Assembly: GCF_000143415.4 (NCBI RefSeq)
Contig: NW_003314360.1
Coordinates: forward strand, 550,595 to 614,594
Length of the DNA stretch: 64,000 nt
Direction of reading: 5' to 3'
Origin: Selaginella moellendorffii
Taxonomy: Eukaryota; Plantae; Lycopodiophyta
The notes under the pieces are model-generated. The model was not told the DNA's origin. It saw only the letters and a program-made list of their open reading frames with translations, and searched no databases. How positions within the stretch are numbered: position 1 is the stretch's first letter; each line of letters starts with the position of its first letter. Shown here one piece after another: positions 36,270-50,049 of the stretch. Position numbers and translations under genes: made by a program.

Positions 36270-39200
36270 CATCCTAAAGTCCCAGATTGTGGAAAGGAAG
36301 AGGAGTAGTCCAATTATGTGGTGACCAATGATGCAGTCACACAAGAAGGAAGTCCTAGAGGTCATTGGGATATAATGGTCAGGCCTATTGGCCTTAACCC
36401 AGTGGCAGTGTTGGTGAACATGACCGTAGGCAAAAAAGGATTTGGTGGGGATTGAAAAAGGGATATTGGGAAAGGCTATTTGTAAGCGACTAAATTTTCC
36501 ATTCTACTTTAGTCACTTAACCACACCTCCGACCACTTGGAGGAGTCTCATTCACAACCTCCATAAGCTTAACTCAGGACTTGGGGCTTGCTAGCCCCGA
36601 GAATGGCATCCATGCCACTCAACCTTAGCACTTGGTCCAAGTGCTCCACGTGTCTGATCCCATGATCAACACCCCAAGGTACCACTGACATATCGGCCCG
36701 TTACGCTAAGGCCATGCCCATTTACCTTGGTCACACTGGTGGTCCAACACCACCTACATTCCAATCCCGTCTCTCAAAGACTGGGTCATCCATCCATGAG
36801 TGGTCATCCCAGATCCACTCCATAACATCCTTAGGATGCCTACAGACATGGGGAATAGCCTTCCCCAATATCTCTGTTCCGGTCCCCACCAAGTCCCTTT
36901 CTGTCCTTGGCTGTGTTCGCCAACACTGCCACTGGATCGAGGCCCACCGGCCCGACCATTAAGTCCCACTATCCTCTAGGACTTCCTCACTGTGTGACTG
37001 TGTCCTTGGTCACCACACCGGAGGGCTACCCCTCTTCCTTTCCACAGTCTGGGACTTTGGGACACCATTTCGGAACACCGTGGCCTTACGCAAGCCTCAT
37101 GGGTACTCTCCCCGCCTTTCGTCTTTAGGTGCTCTAGCCATGGGCTTAGAGCGAGGTTCCGTTGAGCCACACCAGGTATCCAAGTAGGTAGTGCCACCCA
37201 CACTTGGACTGGGAGCATCGGCCAGTCGATCTTCCGGGGGAACTAGAGCCGGCTCTTGAACACTTCACCAAGCTACCCCGCTTGTCGGTCCGTGTTCACT
37301 CTAGTCTTGGACTTCCCAGTGGGCAGCTCATCACCCAACACTGGGTCCGGCCTTCCTGGGCCAAACTGGCCTTTCCTGGCCAAACTGGCTCCACTGCAGT
37401 CCTCCCCCTACTATACTTTTGGAGCTCACCAAACCCCCCAGGGTCTGGGAGACGAACGCTTTGGGCTTTCACCCTCTCAGGCTCCGGACTCGGACTCGGA
37501 CTCGGACTCGAACTCAGACTCGGACTCGGACTCGGACTCGGACTCGGACTCGGACTCGGGCTCGGGCTCGGTCTCGGCCTCGGCCTCGGTCTCGGTCTCG
37601 GTCCCGATCTCGGTCTCGGTCTCGGTCTCGATCTCGGTCCCGGTCTTGGTTTCGACTTCGGACTCCATCTCGGACTCCATCTCGGACTCCATCTCGGACT
37701 CCATCTCGGACTCCATCTCGGACTCCATCTCGGGTCCATCTCGGGTCCATCTCGGACTCCATCTCGGACTCCATTTCGGGTCCATCTCGGGTCCACCTCG
37801 GACTCCATCTCGGACTCCATCTCGGGTCCATCTCGGACTCCATCTCGGACTCCATTTCGGGTCCATCTCGGGTCCACCTCGGACTCCATCTTGGACTCCA
37901 TCTCGGGTCCATCTCGGACTCCACTTCGGACTCCAACTCGGGTCCATCTCGGGTCCACCTCGGACTCCACTTCGGACTCCTTCTCGGACTCCATCTCGGA
38001 CTCCACTTCGGACTCCAACTCGGGTCCATCTCGGACTCCACTTCGGACTCCAACTCGGGTCCATCTCGGACTCCACTTCGGACTCCAACTCGAGTCCATC
38101 TCGGACTCTCCCACGTGTCATGTGTTGGCCCTTTTGGGTCCCTTTTTGGAGCCTCGCCTTTTGCTCGCTTCGTGCTCGTTCCTCGAGCACTTCGTTGGGA
38201 GTTCCACTCCCGCTCTTGACTTTTCAAGTCGGAGCTTTTGGTCCAAACGTGTTACGCTCGTTTGGCTCTCGCTTCGGCCACTACCATGTGGCGCCCTTCC
38301 GGCTCCACTTTGGGGCCTAGGGATTTTGTGTCTCACACTATTCCCCATGTTTGCAAGTATCGTAAGGATGCTAAGGAGTGGATTTGGGATGATCACTCAT
38401 GGATGGATGGCTTAGAGAGATGAGACTGTGATATAGATGGTGTTGGACCACTAATGTAATAAAGGTGAATGGGCATGGCCTTGGTGTAGTGGGTTGATAT
38501 GTTGGTGGTACCTTTAGGTGTTGGTTATGGGATCGGACAAGTGAAGCACTTGGACCAAGTGCAAAGGTTAAATGGCATAGATGCCATTCTCGGGGCTAAA
38601 AAATGCTCAAGGCTAGAATAGAAGTTATGGAGGTTGAGAGTGAGATTGTTGTGAATGTGACTTTGGGTATCGAAAGTTACTTGTCGGCTAGTCCTTACAG
38701 ACACTCTTACCTTACTGCCACGATGGCAGGAAGTCGGTATTGCTAGACCTTTTATTAACCCCTCTTGTTCAAGTGTTAGTAAACTGGACTTTGCATCTGT
38801 ACTTGGCCGGATGAGCATAAGGACAGAATTCCTAAGTGTCTATTTAGCCAAACATACTTGGTCTGGCTTTTTAGTTCTCTTTTGCTCTGTCTTGCACTGG
38901 CTTGACAAGAACCCTCGCGTATTGAAATTAGTCCCTCAATATCGCTGGATGATAGCTTACCGTGTTTGCCAAACACCCTCGCTATCATGTCCTTTGTGTT
39001 AGTCTCATTTCGGTCCCAAATACTATTTATAGAAAGTGTCCAGATTTGCTCATTTGGCATATCTACAGAATGTAGAGATCAGCTTGAACACAATGGTGTT
39101 CGTCCCATGTCCAAATTCGCAATCTAGGGACATTCCATATTTAGTAAATTTCAAATTTGTCCCAGAGACTAACTCTTGATACTAAGGGAGGCTTGGGGTG

Positions 39201-41179
39201 AAAGCCCAAAGTGGGTGTTCCTTAAGGGGGGGGGGGGGTATAGGGGGTTCTAAATGTATAGTAGGGATAGTGGGTAGGTCGGGCATAGCCGACCAACCTG
39301 AGGCATAGTCTAGCTCCCGCTTGCGTGCCTATCTTTGTTCTGCGTCCGGCTTGGGTCTAAGCCCAAGTTCCATTCCATGCTAGCTGGTGGAGTATCCATG
39401 TCCTCACATTAGACCACCGGTATACCGAAATAGTGCCAGACTCCGTTTGGCTCCGTTTTGCATGCTGGTCCTAGAATTAGGATGCTGGTTACTCTAGGAC
39501 TGTTCCAAGTTGCTCCGGGCTCCTGTCCCTTCGCTCCTTGGGTTATATGCTTGGGAGTTGCTTCGTGGTTTGGTTTCACTCCTTGGTTCCATGCTTGGGA
39601 GTTTGGCACCGTTCCTTCATTCAGTGGCCTAAGGCCCTGAACCTCGGGTTCCACACCACGTTCCTTTGGACATGTGGCATGTGACATGTGGCATCTGTCA
39701 CATGGCACAAAGAAGGTTTAGGTTCCACTTCATGGTGTTATCCTATGGTAAATCACCATAGGATAAAGGGTCAAAACCACGTGCGCTATAGAGATTCTTC
39801 TATGTATTCAAAATTGTGGTTAAATGATTAAAGTAGAATGGAAAAATTAGTCACTTACAATTTGGTTTAGGAGCTGTTCCTTAATTCGACTCTTATTAGT
39901 GGTCAAGTATATCACCACATATTTTGACATTGGAAGGTCCCAGAGATGGATCTATCCTTGAGGAGTAACATGTTGAAAGGGCATGACTCTCCACCTTAAT
40001 TTCATAAGTGAATATATTGGTGGATAAAAAGGGGTTAATTTGGGAACGACTTTATGATCTTGGGAATAGTATAAGATTTTCTTTAGAGAGTTGAGGATGT
40101 GATCCAGATGAGCATTTGACTTAGTAAATTGACTAATATAATTGTGGTAAACAACTATAATTAGGATCACGGGAAATATATAGACTTTAAAACAATAAAA
40201 GAGTCACAAGATTATCCTTGGTGAGGCTGGTGCATATGAATTTGAAACCAGAATTAATGACCATGGGAAGTGAAATATGGATGAGAATACGAGTCTTTGA
40301 AATAGTAATTGGGGCTACCTTTTATAAATGCTAGAACAAACTTAAAGAGTTGGGGTAGGATAAATTCTCATCATATGGACAAATAGTACTAAGGGGCAAA
40401 GGTAGCCCATAGGGAATGGAAAATAATCATGTGTCAAAGTAATATTTGCAAAGGTAGTCCTTGTGAGTAAGACATGAATATAATAAAATGTATTTTAGTG
40501 AATTGACACCTAAAAAATGGCCAAGAGGCTAAGACCTTACGGGTTGTTAAATTAGTAAAGTCTAAAAAGTTGGATAACTTAAGTGGAATCAAGGAATGGC
40601 CCTCAAGGATTGATGAAAGCATTTAGACTAAGGTGTGTTATACCCTACAAAGGATGGGGAGGATCATAAGATCTAAGTATAAGAATAGTGGATATCTCAT
40701 TAATGGCAAAATGTGCTATATTAAAATTGTGAGAAAGGTGTTCTTAGAAGAAAACAACTTTGATGCAGAGTTATATATGAATAGTATGGTGTAATGCTAA
40801 TTGATAGTTGCCATAAGAAATGACTACTTTGGTCTTGGCAAAGACTTAGACACAAATGGGAAGTGTTGTAAAGGTAGATTTGTAGAGCTGATGGTGTGGA
40901 AACACCAAACATGCTAAGGTGTGATGCCTTGAGATCAAGTTAGTGGGTTCATGAGAACTTTTTGCCAAAGGAATCCCAATGGAAATGGGAATGGTATAGC
41001 ATAAAATAGAAGGCATATGGTTAGAGTGTGGTGACCCAAATAATGATGGAGGTGTGAAAGCATTAGCAATGAGTGTGGGGATGCCTCTGGAGTCATGGTC
41101 AACAAGTTAAAAGTCTAGAAAATTTAATATGTATTGGCAAATTTGTTAAGGTGTCAAGGTTAAATCATTAGGTGATTTT
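36270..41179 (+). mobile_element. Older degenerate family-A element (LTR 3' part ending ...CACTTACA at 39859, decayed PBS, deleted internal region) that hosts later insertions; resumes at 49965-50003
   Basis: 36270-36480 and 38338-38665 are collinear with the family-A LTR; 39860-41179 is the reverse complement of ~47210-48430 and ~45500-45605. Confidence 0.85.
36481..38337 (-). mobile_element. Family-A solo LTR with 5-bp TSD CTATT
   Basis: TGTAAG...CTCACA termini; CTATT at 36476-36480 and 38338-38342. Confidence 0.95.
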
Positions 41180-44100
41180 TGTAAGTGACTAATTTTTCCA
41201 TTCTACTTTAGTCACTTAACCACATCTCCGACCACTTAGAAGAGTCTCTTTCACAACCTTCGAAAGTCCAATTCGGGACTTGGGGCTTGATAGCCCCGAG
41301 AATGGCATCCATGCCACTCAACCTTAGCATTTGGTCCAAGTGCTCCACGTGTCTGATCCCATGACCGACACCCCAAGGTACCACTGACATATCGGCCCGT
41401 TACGCTAAGGCTATGCCCATTCACCTTGGTCACACCGGTAGTCTAACACCACCTACATCACAGTCCCATCTCTCAAAAACTGAGCCATCCGTCCATGAGT
41501 GATCATCCTAGATCCACTCCTTCGCATCCTTAGGATGCTCACAGACATGGGGAATAGCCTTCCCCAATATCTCTTTTCCAGTCCCCACCAAGTCCCTTTC
41601 TGTCCGTGGCCGTGTTCGCCAACACTGCCATTGGATCAAGGCCCACAGGCCCGACCACTCAGTCCAACTGTCCTCTGGGACTTCCTCACTGTGTGATTGT
41701 GTCCTTGGTCACCACACCAGAGGGCTACTCCTCTTCCTTTCCACAATCTGGGACTTTGGGGCAATATTTCGGAACACCGTGGCCCTACGCGGGCCTCGTG
41801 GGTACTCTTCTCACCTTCTGCCCTTGGGTGCTCTAGCCATGGGCTTAGAGCGAGGCTCCGTTGAGCCATGCCTGGTATCCAAGTAGGTAGTGCCACCCAC
41901 ACTTGGACTGGGAGCATCGACCATTCGATCTCCTAGGGGAACTAGAGCCGGCTCTTGAACACTTCACCTGTGAGACACAAAATCCCTAGGCCCCAAAGTG
42001 GAGCCGGAAGGGTGCCACGTGGTAGTGGCCGAAGGGAAAGCCAAACGAGTGTAGCACGTTTGGGCCAAAAGCTCCGACTTGAAAGGTCGAGAGCAGGAGT
42101 GGAACTCCTAACGAAGTGCTCGAGGAATGAGCACGAAGCGAGCAATAAGCGAGGCTCCAAAAAGGGACCCAAAAGGACCAACACATGACACGTGGAAGTG
42201 TCCGAAGTGGAGTCCGAGATGGACCCGAGATGGAGTCCGAGATGGACTCGAGATGGAGTCCGAGATGGACCCGAGATGGATTCCGAGATGGAGTCCGAGA
42301 TGGAGTTCGAGATGGAGTCCGAGATGGAGTCCGAGATGGAGTCCGAGATGGAGTCCGAGATGGACCCGAGATGGAGTCTGAGATGGAGTCCGAGATGGAG
42401 TCCGAGATGGACCCGAGATGGAGTCTGAGATCGAGTTCGAGATGGACCCGAGATGGAGTCCGAGATGGAGTCCGAGATGGACCCGAGATGGAGTCCGATA
42501 TGGAGTCCGAGATGGACTCGAGACCGAGACCGAGGCCGAGGCCGAGACTGAGACCGAGTCCGAGTCCGAAACCGGAAACCGGGACCGGGACCGAGTCCGA
42601 GTCTGAGTTCGAGCCCGAGTCCGAGTCCGAATATTAATACAGGCGGTTGGGTGAAAGCCCAAAGCGATCGTCCCCCAGGGGGGGGGGGGGGGCTGTAGGG
42701 GGTTCCAAAAGTATAGTAGGGAGAGTATGGGGGTTGGAGCCCAGTGGAGCCAGTTTGGCCAGGAAAGGCCAGTTTGGCCCAGGAAGGCCAGACCCAGTGT
42801 TGGGTGATGAGCTGACCACTGGGAAGTCCAAGACTAGAGTGAACACGGACCGACAAGCGGGGTAGCTTGGTGAAGTGTTTAAGAGCCGGCTCTAGTTCCC
42901 CCGGGAGATTGACTGGCCGATGCTCCCAGTCCAAGTGTGGGTGGCACTACCTACTTGGATACCAGGCGTGGCTCAACGGAACCTCGCTCTAAGCCCATGG
43001 CTAGAGCACCCAAGGGCGGAAGGCGGGGAGAGTACCCAGGTGGCTCGCGTAAGGCCACGGTATTCCGAAATGTTGTCCCAAAGGCCCAGACTGTGGAAAG
43101 GAAGAGGAGCAGTCCTCTGGGGCAGTGACCAAGGACGCAGTCGTGTGGTGAGGAAGTCCCAGAGGACCGTGGGACTTAGTGGTCGGGCCTGTGGGCCTCG
43201 ATCCAGTGGCAGTGTTGGCAAACACGGCCAAGGGCAGAAAGGGACTTAATGGGGACTGACAAAGGGATATTGGGGAAGGCTATTCCCCTTGTCGGTGGGC
43301 ATCCTAAGGATGCTAAGGAGTGGATTTGAGATGACCACTCACGGATGGTTTGCCTAGTCTTGGAGAGCCAAGACTGTGATGCAAGTGGTATTGGACTACC
43401 AGTGTGGCAAAGGTGATTGGGCATGGCCTTAGCGTAACAAGCTGCCATGTCGGTGGTACTTTTGAGTGTCGGTCATGGGATCGGACACGTGGAGCACTTG
43501 GACCAAGTGCAAATGTTGAGTGGCATGGATGCCATTCTCGGGGCTAGCAAGTCCCAAGTCCTGAATTGGACTTATGGAGGTTGTGAATGAGACTCCTCCA
43601 AGTGGTCGGAGGTGTGGTTAAGTGACTAAAGTAGAATGGAAAAATTTAGTCACTTACATCACCAAGCTACCCTGCTTGTCGGTCCGTATTCACTGTAGTC
43701 TTGGACTTCCCAGTGGTCAGCTCATCACCCAACACTGGGTATGGCGTTCCTGGGCCCAACTGGCCTTTCCTGGGCTAAACTGGCCTTTCCTGGCCCAACT
43801 GGCTCCACTGGGCTCCAACCCCCACACTCTCCCTACTATACTTTTGGAACCCCCTACAGCCCCCCCCTCTGGGGGACGATCGCTTTGGGCTTTCACCCAA
43901 CTGCCTGTATTAGTATTCGGACTCGGACTCGGGCTCGAACTCGGACTCGGACTCGGACTCGGTCTCGGTCCCGGTTTCGGACTTGGACTCGGTCTCGGTC
44001 TCGGCCTCGGTCTTGGTCTCGATCTTGGTTCCATCTCGGACTCCATCTTAGACTACATCTCGGACTCTGTCTCGGGTCCATCTCGGATTCCATCTCGGAC

Positions 44101-47100
44101 TCCATCTTGGGTCCATCTCGGACTCCACTTCGGGTCCATCTCATACTCCATCTCAGACTCCATCTTGGACTCCACTTCGGGTCCATCTCGGACTCCATCT
44201 CAGGTCCCTTTTTGGAGCCTTGCTTATTGGTTGCCTCGTGCTCACTCCTTGAGCACTTTGTTGGGAGTTCCACTCCCGCTCTCGACCTTCCAAGTTAGAG
44301 CTTTTAGTCCAAACGTGTTACGCTCGTTTGGCTTTCACTTCGGCCACTACCACGTGGCACCCTTTCCGGCTCCACTTTGGGACCTAGGGATTTTGTTTCT
44401 CACAACTCCACCACCCATAGACGAAGTTCGATGTCCTCATCGAACGGTAAACCCTTTCATAAAGTAACACCCACATGTGTTACCATTTCCATCGTTGGCA
44501 CCTAGCCAATATTTGTGTATGGTTTGACACCAAAGGCTCACCATGCCTTGTCCATCCTCTAAGGAGCATAGTCTCTCCAACTTAGAGACTCATTCGACTA
44601 TTTATGATGGTTCTCTCCTTCTATTGGTTCAGTTTTCGCTAAACCTATTAGAGACACCTTCTCTAACTCGATTCTCACTACTCATTCTCAAGTAGTCTCA
44701 GTGTCCATTGACATAACCTTTGCACTTTGGAACTTTTAATTTTGACTTCTCAGAGTCAATTTCCTAGGTGTCTCCGACACCTTACGTTGCACATGGTGCA
44801 ACTCCACTTCCCCATCCTAGGAAGTTCTTTACTTGAGGACACCTTCATCCTCTTTTCGATATCGTGCCACCTTTGGCACTAAGTTCCAGTTATTATAATT
44901 TGTGCTAGGGCTGCCCGCAGCCCTATTATTTGGCTACCTTACTGCTCCCCCCCTTGGAGCTTCCACTTTCGCCAAATCGGAGCAGTTGAGAATCCATCCT
45001 TGGGAAAACATTGCCTTTCCCACAATCCGTCAACACCCAACACATTAGTGTTCTCGGCCTGACTTTGCCATTTGGATTCTTTCCCCTGATTCCCATGGCT
45101 CTTTCTTAGCCACTAGTCTTTTGCTCTTATCCTTGATTGTTGCACCCAGCAACATAGGATCGCTACCTCCATTTTCGAGGTATCCTTTCTGTTCCATAGC
45201 AAAGACTCTCCTTTGCCAAGTCCGGAGGGTGTTCACCCCTAGCACGTTTCTTTAGCATTTTCTGCTGTGGGCTCTATCCATGGCCCAACTCTGTGACCCT
45301 CCCATGGGTCTCTTATAGAGACTACTTTCCTCGGACTCACTATGTCATTGTATTGACATATCTCATTTCCCTAAGGTGTCCTTCTCACTTGGTCACCTTG
45401 ACCAAGCCACACCATCATCAATAGTTCCAATCAACACTTTGAACTTGGAACTTTATCCCTTAACCTCACAAGGACCTTGTCCTTGTTTTGGCCATAAGAT
45501 CACATAGTGATCTAACCTTGGCATCTTAACAGGTTTGCCAATAGATACTAAGTCTTCTAGACCTTCAAGTTGTTGACCATGACCCCGGGGGCATCCCCCA
45601 CACTTGGCGGTGCACCCAAGCTAGCCCTTCCGGCCAAGGGTCCATAGCAACTGAGACTGGGTGTCCCCATCTCATTCACCCCGTCCTTGGTGCCACTCGC
45701 ACCAAGTGTTCAAGTTAGATATGCCGAGCCACACTAAGCAATCTAACCGTGCATCACGACTCCGGGGCATCCCCCACTTGGCGGTGTGCCCAAGCCAGTC
45801 TCCTTACCGAGAGTCCATGACCACCGAAAAATGAGTGTCCTCATATTTCAAACCATCACCGTGCCCTAGTGAGTTGGGACTTGAACCCAAGCACTAGAGG
45901 GTCGGGACACGAACCCAACCTCCATATATGCATCTACAAACGGCATCACACAAGATGCCTGGCGTAATTTATATTTAAAGCGCGCTATAAATCACAACTT
46001 AGGAACCTAGTTCCTCCGCACTGCCAAGTCCTCTCAGTTGACAAGTTTGTGATCATGCATGGACTCCTCCATGCTTGGCCCCATGGGCCACCCCTTTGCC
46101 TTCAACTAGGGTATCTGTTCCCCCGACTTGCCAATCTCACTTAGCAAGTTATCCGGCCACCATAACATAGTTCATGCATAAGCGTGAAAGTCCTCAATCA
46201 TTGACTTTCATTCAAAGCCCTCTCTTTGAACACTCGGGAACTACTTCCCCAACCATGATAGCCTCGCCTCATGGCAAGCTTCAAGACCACGCTTCTGCTG
46301 CGCCACTTTGATTTCGCGTGTTCTATGAACCATTTACACTTGGCTTTCTAGGTATCTAGTTACTCGGAACTGTCTTTGGGAACCTTTCGAAGGAACTCTG
46401 TCCCTTTAGCTTGCTAAGGCCTCTCCTTTCGCAAGCTTTCCAATTGCCATATAGTCTAACATGGATAATTCCACATTTTAGACTTTTCATAGCATCGCGG
46501 TTGTTAATAACAACATCCTCGAGCACCCTTTTGATTTTCCACTCCCAATTTGCATAACCACCATTGGTTATGCCCTTCGATTTCTATGGTTCAGTTCCAT
46601 CCCAATACTACTTGCCCTTTGGCCTCATGTGTTTCCTTTGGTTATTCTCCTCCAGACTAGGAGGATAGCTTTGCACATTCTACCATGCCTTAGCAAGTAT
46701 TCATAGGGATGAACCTACTTAATAGCTTAGGGAGTGGTTCCTCAATTTGGGCATGCTCACCTTATAATCCCACACACCGGGATTACCTTTGCTACTTATA
46801 GGCTTCCATATGCCCATCACTAACCTTGCCAAAATCCCATTTTTGGCTTTGTCCAAATCGGGTAGACGGATTCCTCCTGTCTCCACAACCTTGGACGTTT
46901 GGATAACACCTCCTATCTATCATTTGTTAGGGACTTTATCCCTTGGGCCTTATCTATTGCCCTCGCGACACTAAACACCACCTCTTGGTGTTCTAGAGTG
47001 TTTAGGTGTCCCAATGATGGCTTCTTTGGCAATGAGCATTCCCTTTACAACACTAACCTACTATTTCACAGCATAAGCAATTTATCCTTCATAAGGGTAT

Positions 47101-49964
47101 ATCTAACTTTTTTATCCCAATAAGAATTGTTAGGTAGTTGCCTTCTACTAGTTTAACGAATTATTTTACACTTTTTGCTTAGTTGCCTCATAGTTGTCAA
47201 GTCCTACAACTCATTGCTGGTGCTTCCACACTTCCATCATTATCTGGGTCACCACACTCTAACCACATGCTTTCTAGATTAGGCTATGCCATTCCCATTT
47301 CCATTGGGATTCCTTTGGACGGGGTTCTCATGAACCCGCCAACTTGACCTCAAGGCAGCACGCCTTGGCACCTTCGGTGTTTCTACACCATCGGCTCCAC
47401 GAGCCTACATTTATGACACTTCTTACTTGTGTCTAGGTCTTTTTGCCAAGACCAATATGGTTGTCTCTTATGCCAATTATTCATTAGCATTGCACCATAG
47501 TGTTTGCACCCAATTTTGGGCCAAAGTTGCTTTCTTCTGGGAACATCTTTCCCACAACTTTAGCATGGCACATTTTGCCATCAATGAGATACCTACTATT
47601 CTCATATATGGATCTTATGATCCTCCCCATACCTCATGGGGCACCATACACCTCAGTCCAAATGCTTCAACCAATCCCTTAGGACCATTCTTTGACTCCA
47701 CTTGAGTCATCCAGCATTTTAGACTTTGCTAATTCAACGACCTGCGAGGTCTTAGTCTTTGAGGTGCCAACTCGCTGAAATACAACTTCTTGTATTCAAG
47801 TCCTGCTCACAAAGACCATCTTTGCAAGTGTTCCACCGACACTTGATTTGTTCTCTTGGGGCAACCTTTTGCCCTTTAGGACCACTTGTCCATGTGATGA
47901 GAATACCAATTCATCCTCTAAGTACACCCCCAACTCCTTAGGTTGTTCCATCATTTATTAGAGGTAGCCTCGGCTACCATTTCAAGGACTTGTGTCCTCT
48001 TCCGTATTTGACCTCCCACGGTCATCAATTCCAGTCTCAAATTTATAAGCACTTGCCTCAACTATGTGAGGATAATCTTATGACTCCTTTATTGTTTTGG
48101 AGTTTCTATCTTTCCCGTGATCCCAACTATAGTTGTTTACCACAACTACCTTAGTCAATTTGATGAGCCAAATGCTCATCTGGATCACATCCTCAACTCA
48201 ATGAGGAAAACCTTGCACTGTTCCCAAGATCCCAAAGTCGTTCCATTATTGACCCTTTTCTATCCACCACCGTATCTACAAGTTCACACATAAACTGTAA
48301 TGAAGAGCCATGTCTTCCCGACCTGCTACTCCTTAAAGATAGGCCCACTCCTCGGACCTTCCGATGCCAACACCAATGGTGATATACTTGGCCACCAATA
48401 AGAGTCGGACTAAAGAACAGCTCTGATACCAAGTTGTAAGCGACTAATTTTTCCATTCTACTTTAGTCACTTAACCACATCTCCGACCACTTGGAAAAGT
48501 CTCTTTCACAACCTCCGAAAGTCCAATTCGGGACTTGGGGCTTGATAGCCCCGAGAATGGCATCCATGCCACTCAACCTTAGCACTTGGTCCAAGTGCTC
48601 CACGTGTCCGATCCCATGACCGACACCCCAAGGTACCACCGACATATCAGCCCGTTATGCTAAGGCCATGCCCATTTACCTTGGTCACACTGGTGGTCCA
48701 ACACCACCTACATTCCAATCCCGTCTCTCAAAGACTGGGTCATCCATCCATGAGTGGTCATCCCAGATCCACTCCATAACATCCTTAGGATGCCTACAGA
48801 CATGGGGAATAGCCTTCCCCAATATCTCTGTTCCAGTCCCCACCAAGTCCCTTTCTGTCCGTGGCCGTGTTCGCCAACACTGCCACTGGATCAAGGCCCA
48901 CAGGCCCGACCACTTAGTCCAACTGTCCTCTGGGACTTCCTCACTATGTGACTGTGTCCTTGGTCACCACACCAGAGGGCTACTCCTCTTCCTTTCCACA
49001 GTCTGGGACTTTGGGGCAACATTTCGGAACACCGTGGCCCTACGCGGGCCTCGTGGGTACTCTCCTCGCCTTCTACCCTTGGGTGCTCTAGCCATGGGCT
49101 TAGAGCGAGGTTCTGTTGAGCCACACCTGGTATCCAAGTAGGTAGTGCCACCCACACTTGGACTGGGAGCATCGACCATTCGATCTCCTAGGGGAACTAG
49201 AGCTGGCTCTTGAACGCTTCACCAAGCTACCCCGCTTGTCGGTCTGTATTCACTCTAGTCTTGGACTTCCCAGTGGTCAGCTCATCACCCAACACTGGGT
49301 ATGGCCTTCCTGGGCCCAACTGGCCTTTCCTGGGCCAAATTGGCCTTTCCTGGCCGGACTGGCTCCACTAGGCTCCAACCCCCACACTCTCCCTACTATA
49401 CTTTTGGAACCCCCCGCAGCCACCCCCCCCCCCCCCCCCTTGGGGGATGATCGCTTTGGGCTTTCACCCAATTGCCTGTATTAGTATTCGGACTCGGACT
49501 CGGGCTTGAACTCGGACTCGGACTCGGTCTTAGTCCCAGTTTCGGACTCGGACTCGGTCTCGGTCTCGGGCTCAAACTCGGACTTGGACTCGGTCTCGGT
49601 CCCGGTTTCGGACTCGGACTCGGTCTCGGTCTCGGTTCCATCTCGGACTCCATCTCGGACTCCGTCTCGGGTCCATCTCGGACTCCATCTCGGACTCCAT
49701 CTCGGGTCCATCTCGGACTCCATCTCGGACTCCACTTCGGGTCCATCTCGGACTCCATCTCGGGTCCCTTTTTGGAGCCTTGCTTATTGGTTGCCTCGTG
49801 CTTGCTCCTCGAGCACTTTGTTGGGAGTTCCACTCCCGCTCTCGACCTTCCAAGTCAGAGCTTTTAGTCCAAATGTGTTACGCTCGTTTGGCTTTCACTT
49901 CGGCCACTACCACATGGCACCCTTTCCGGCTCCACTTTGGGGCTTAGGGATTTTGTTTCTCACA
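41180..49964 (-). mobile_element. Complete non-coding (LARD-like) family-A LTR retroelement: 5' LTR 49964-48435, PBS(Met) 48431-48421, ~4-kb ORF-less interior, PPT ~44405-44417, 3' LTR 44404-41180
   Basis: TG...CA LTRs; TGGTATCAGAG; GGGTGGTGGAGT; TSD ATTTT/ATCTT (one mismatch); no interior ORF of 100 aa or more. Confidence 0.92.
41969..43658 (+). mobile_element. Family-A solo LTR nested antisense in the 3' LTR, TSD TCACC
   Basis: TGTGAG...CTTACA; TCACC at 41964-41968 and 43659-43663. Confidence 0.95.
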
Positions 49965-50049
49965 ATCTTATGGCTAAAATAAGGACAATGTTTTTGTGGG
50001 ATATGGGGAATATACATACATGTTCATTGATTTTCCCATCAATCTTCCC

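Noticed and set aside
37650-38108. CRISPR-like regular repeat
   Set aside because: No unique spacers, eukaryotic context, lies inside an LTR
37204-38415. Six-frame open ORFs (SD, RT, LG, WSPR repeats), also at 41942-44467 and 49396-49982
   Set aside because: Artefacts of 6- and 12-mer LTR arrays; frames are not conserved between LTR copies
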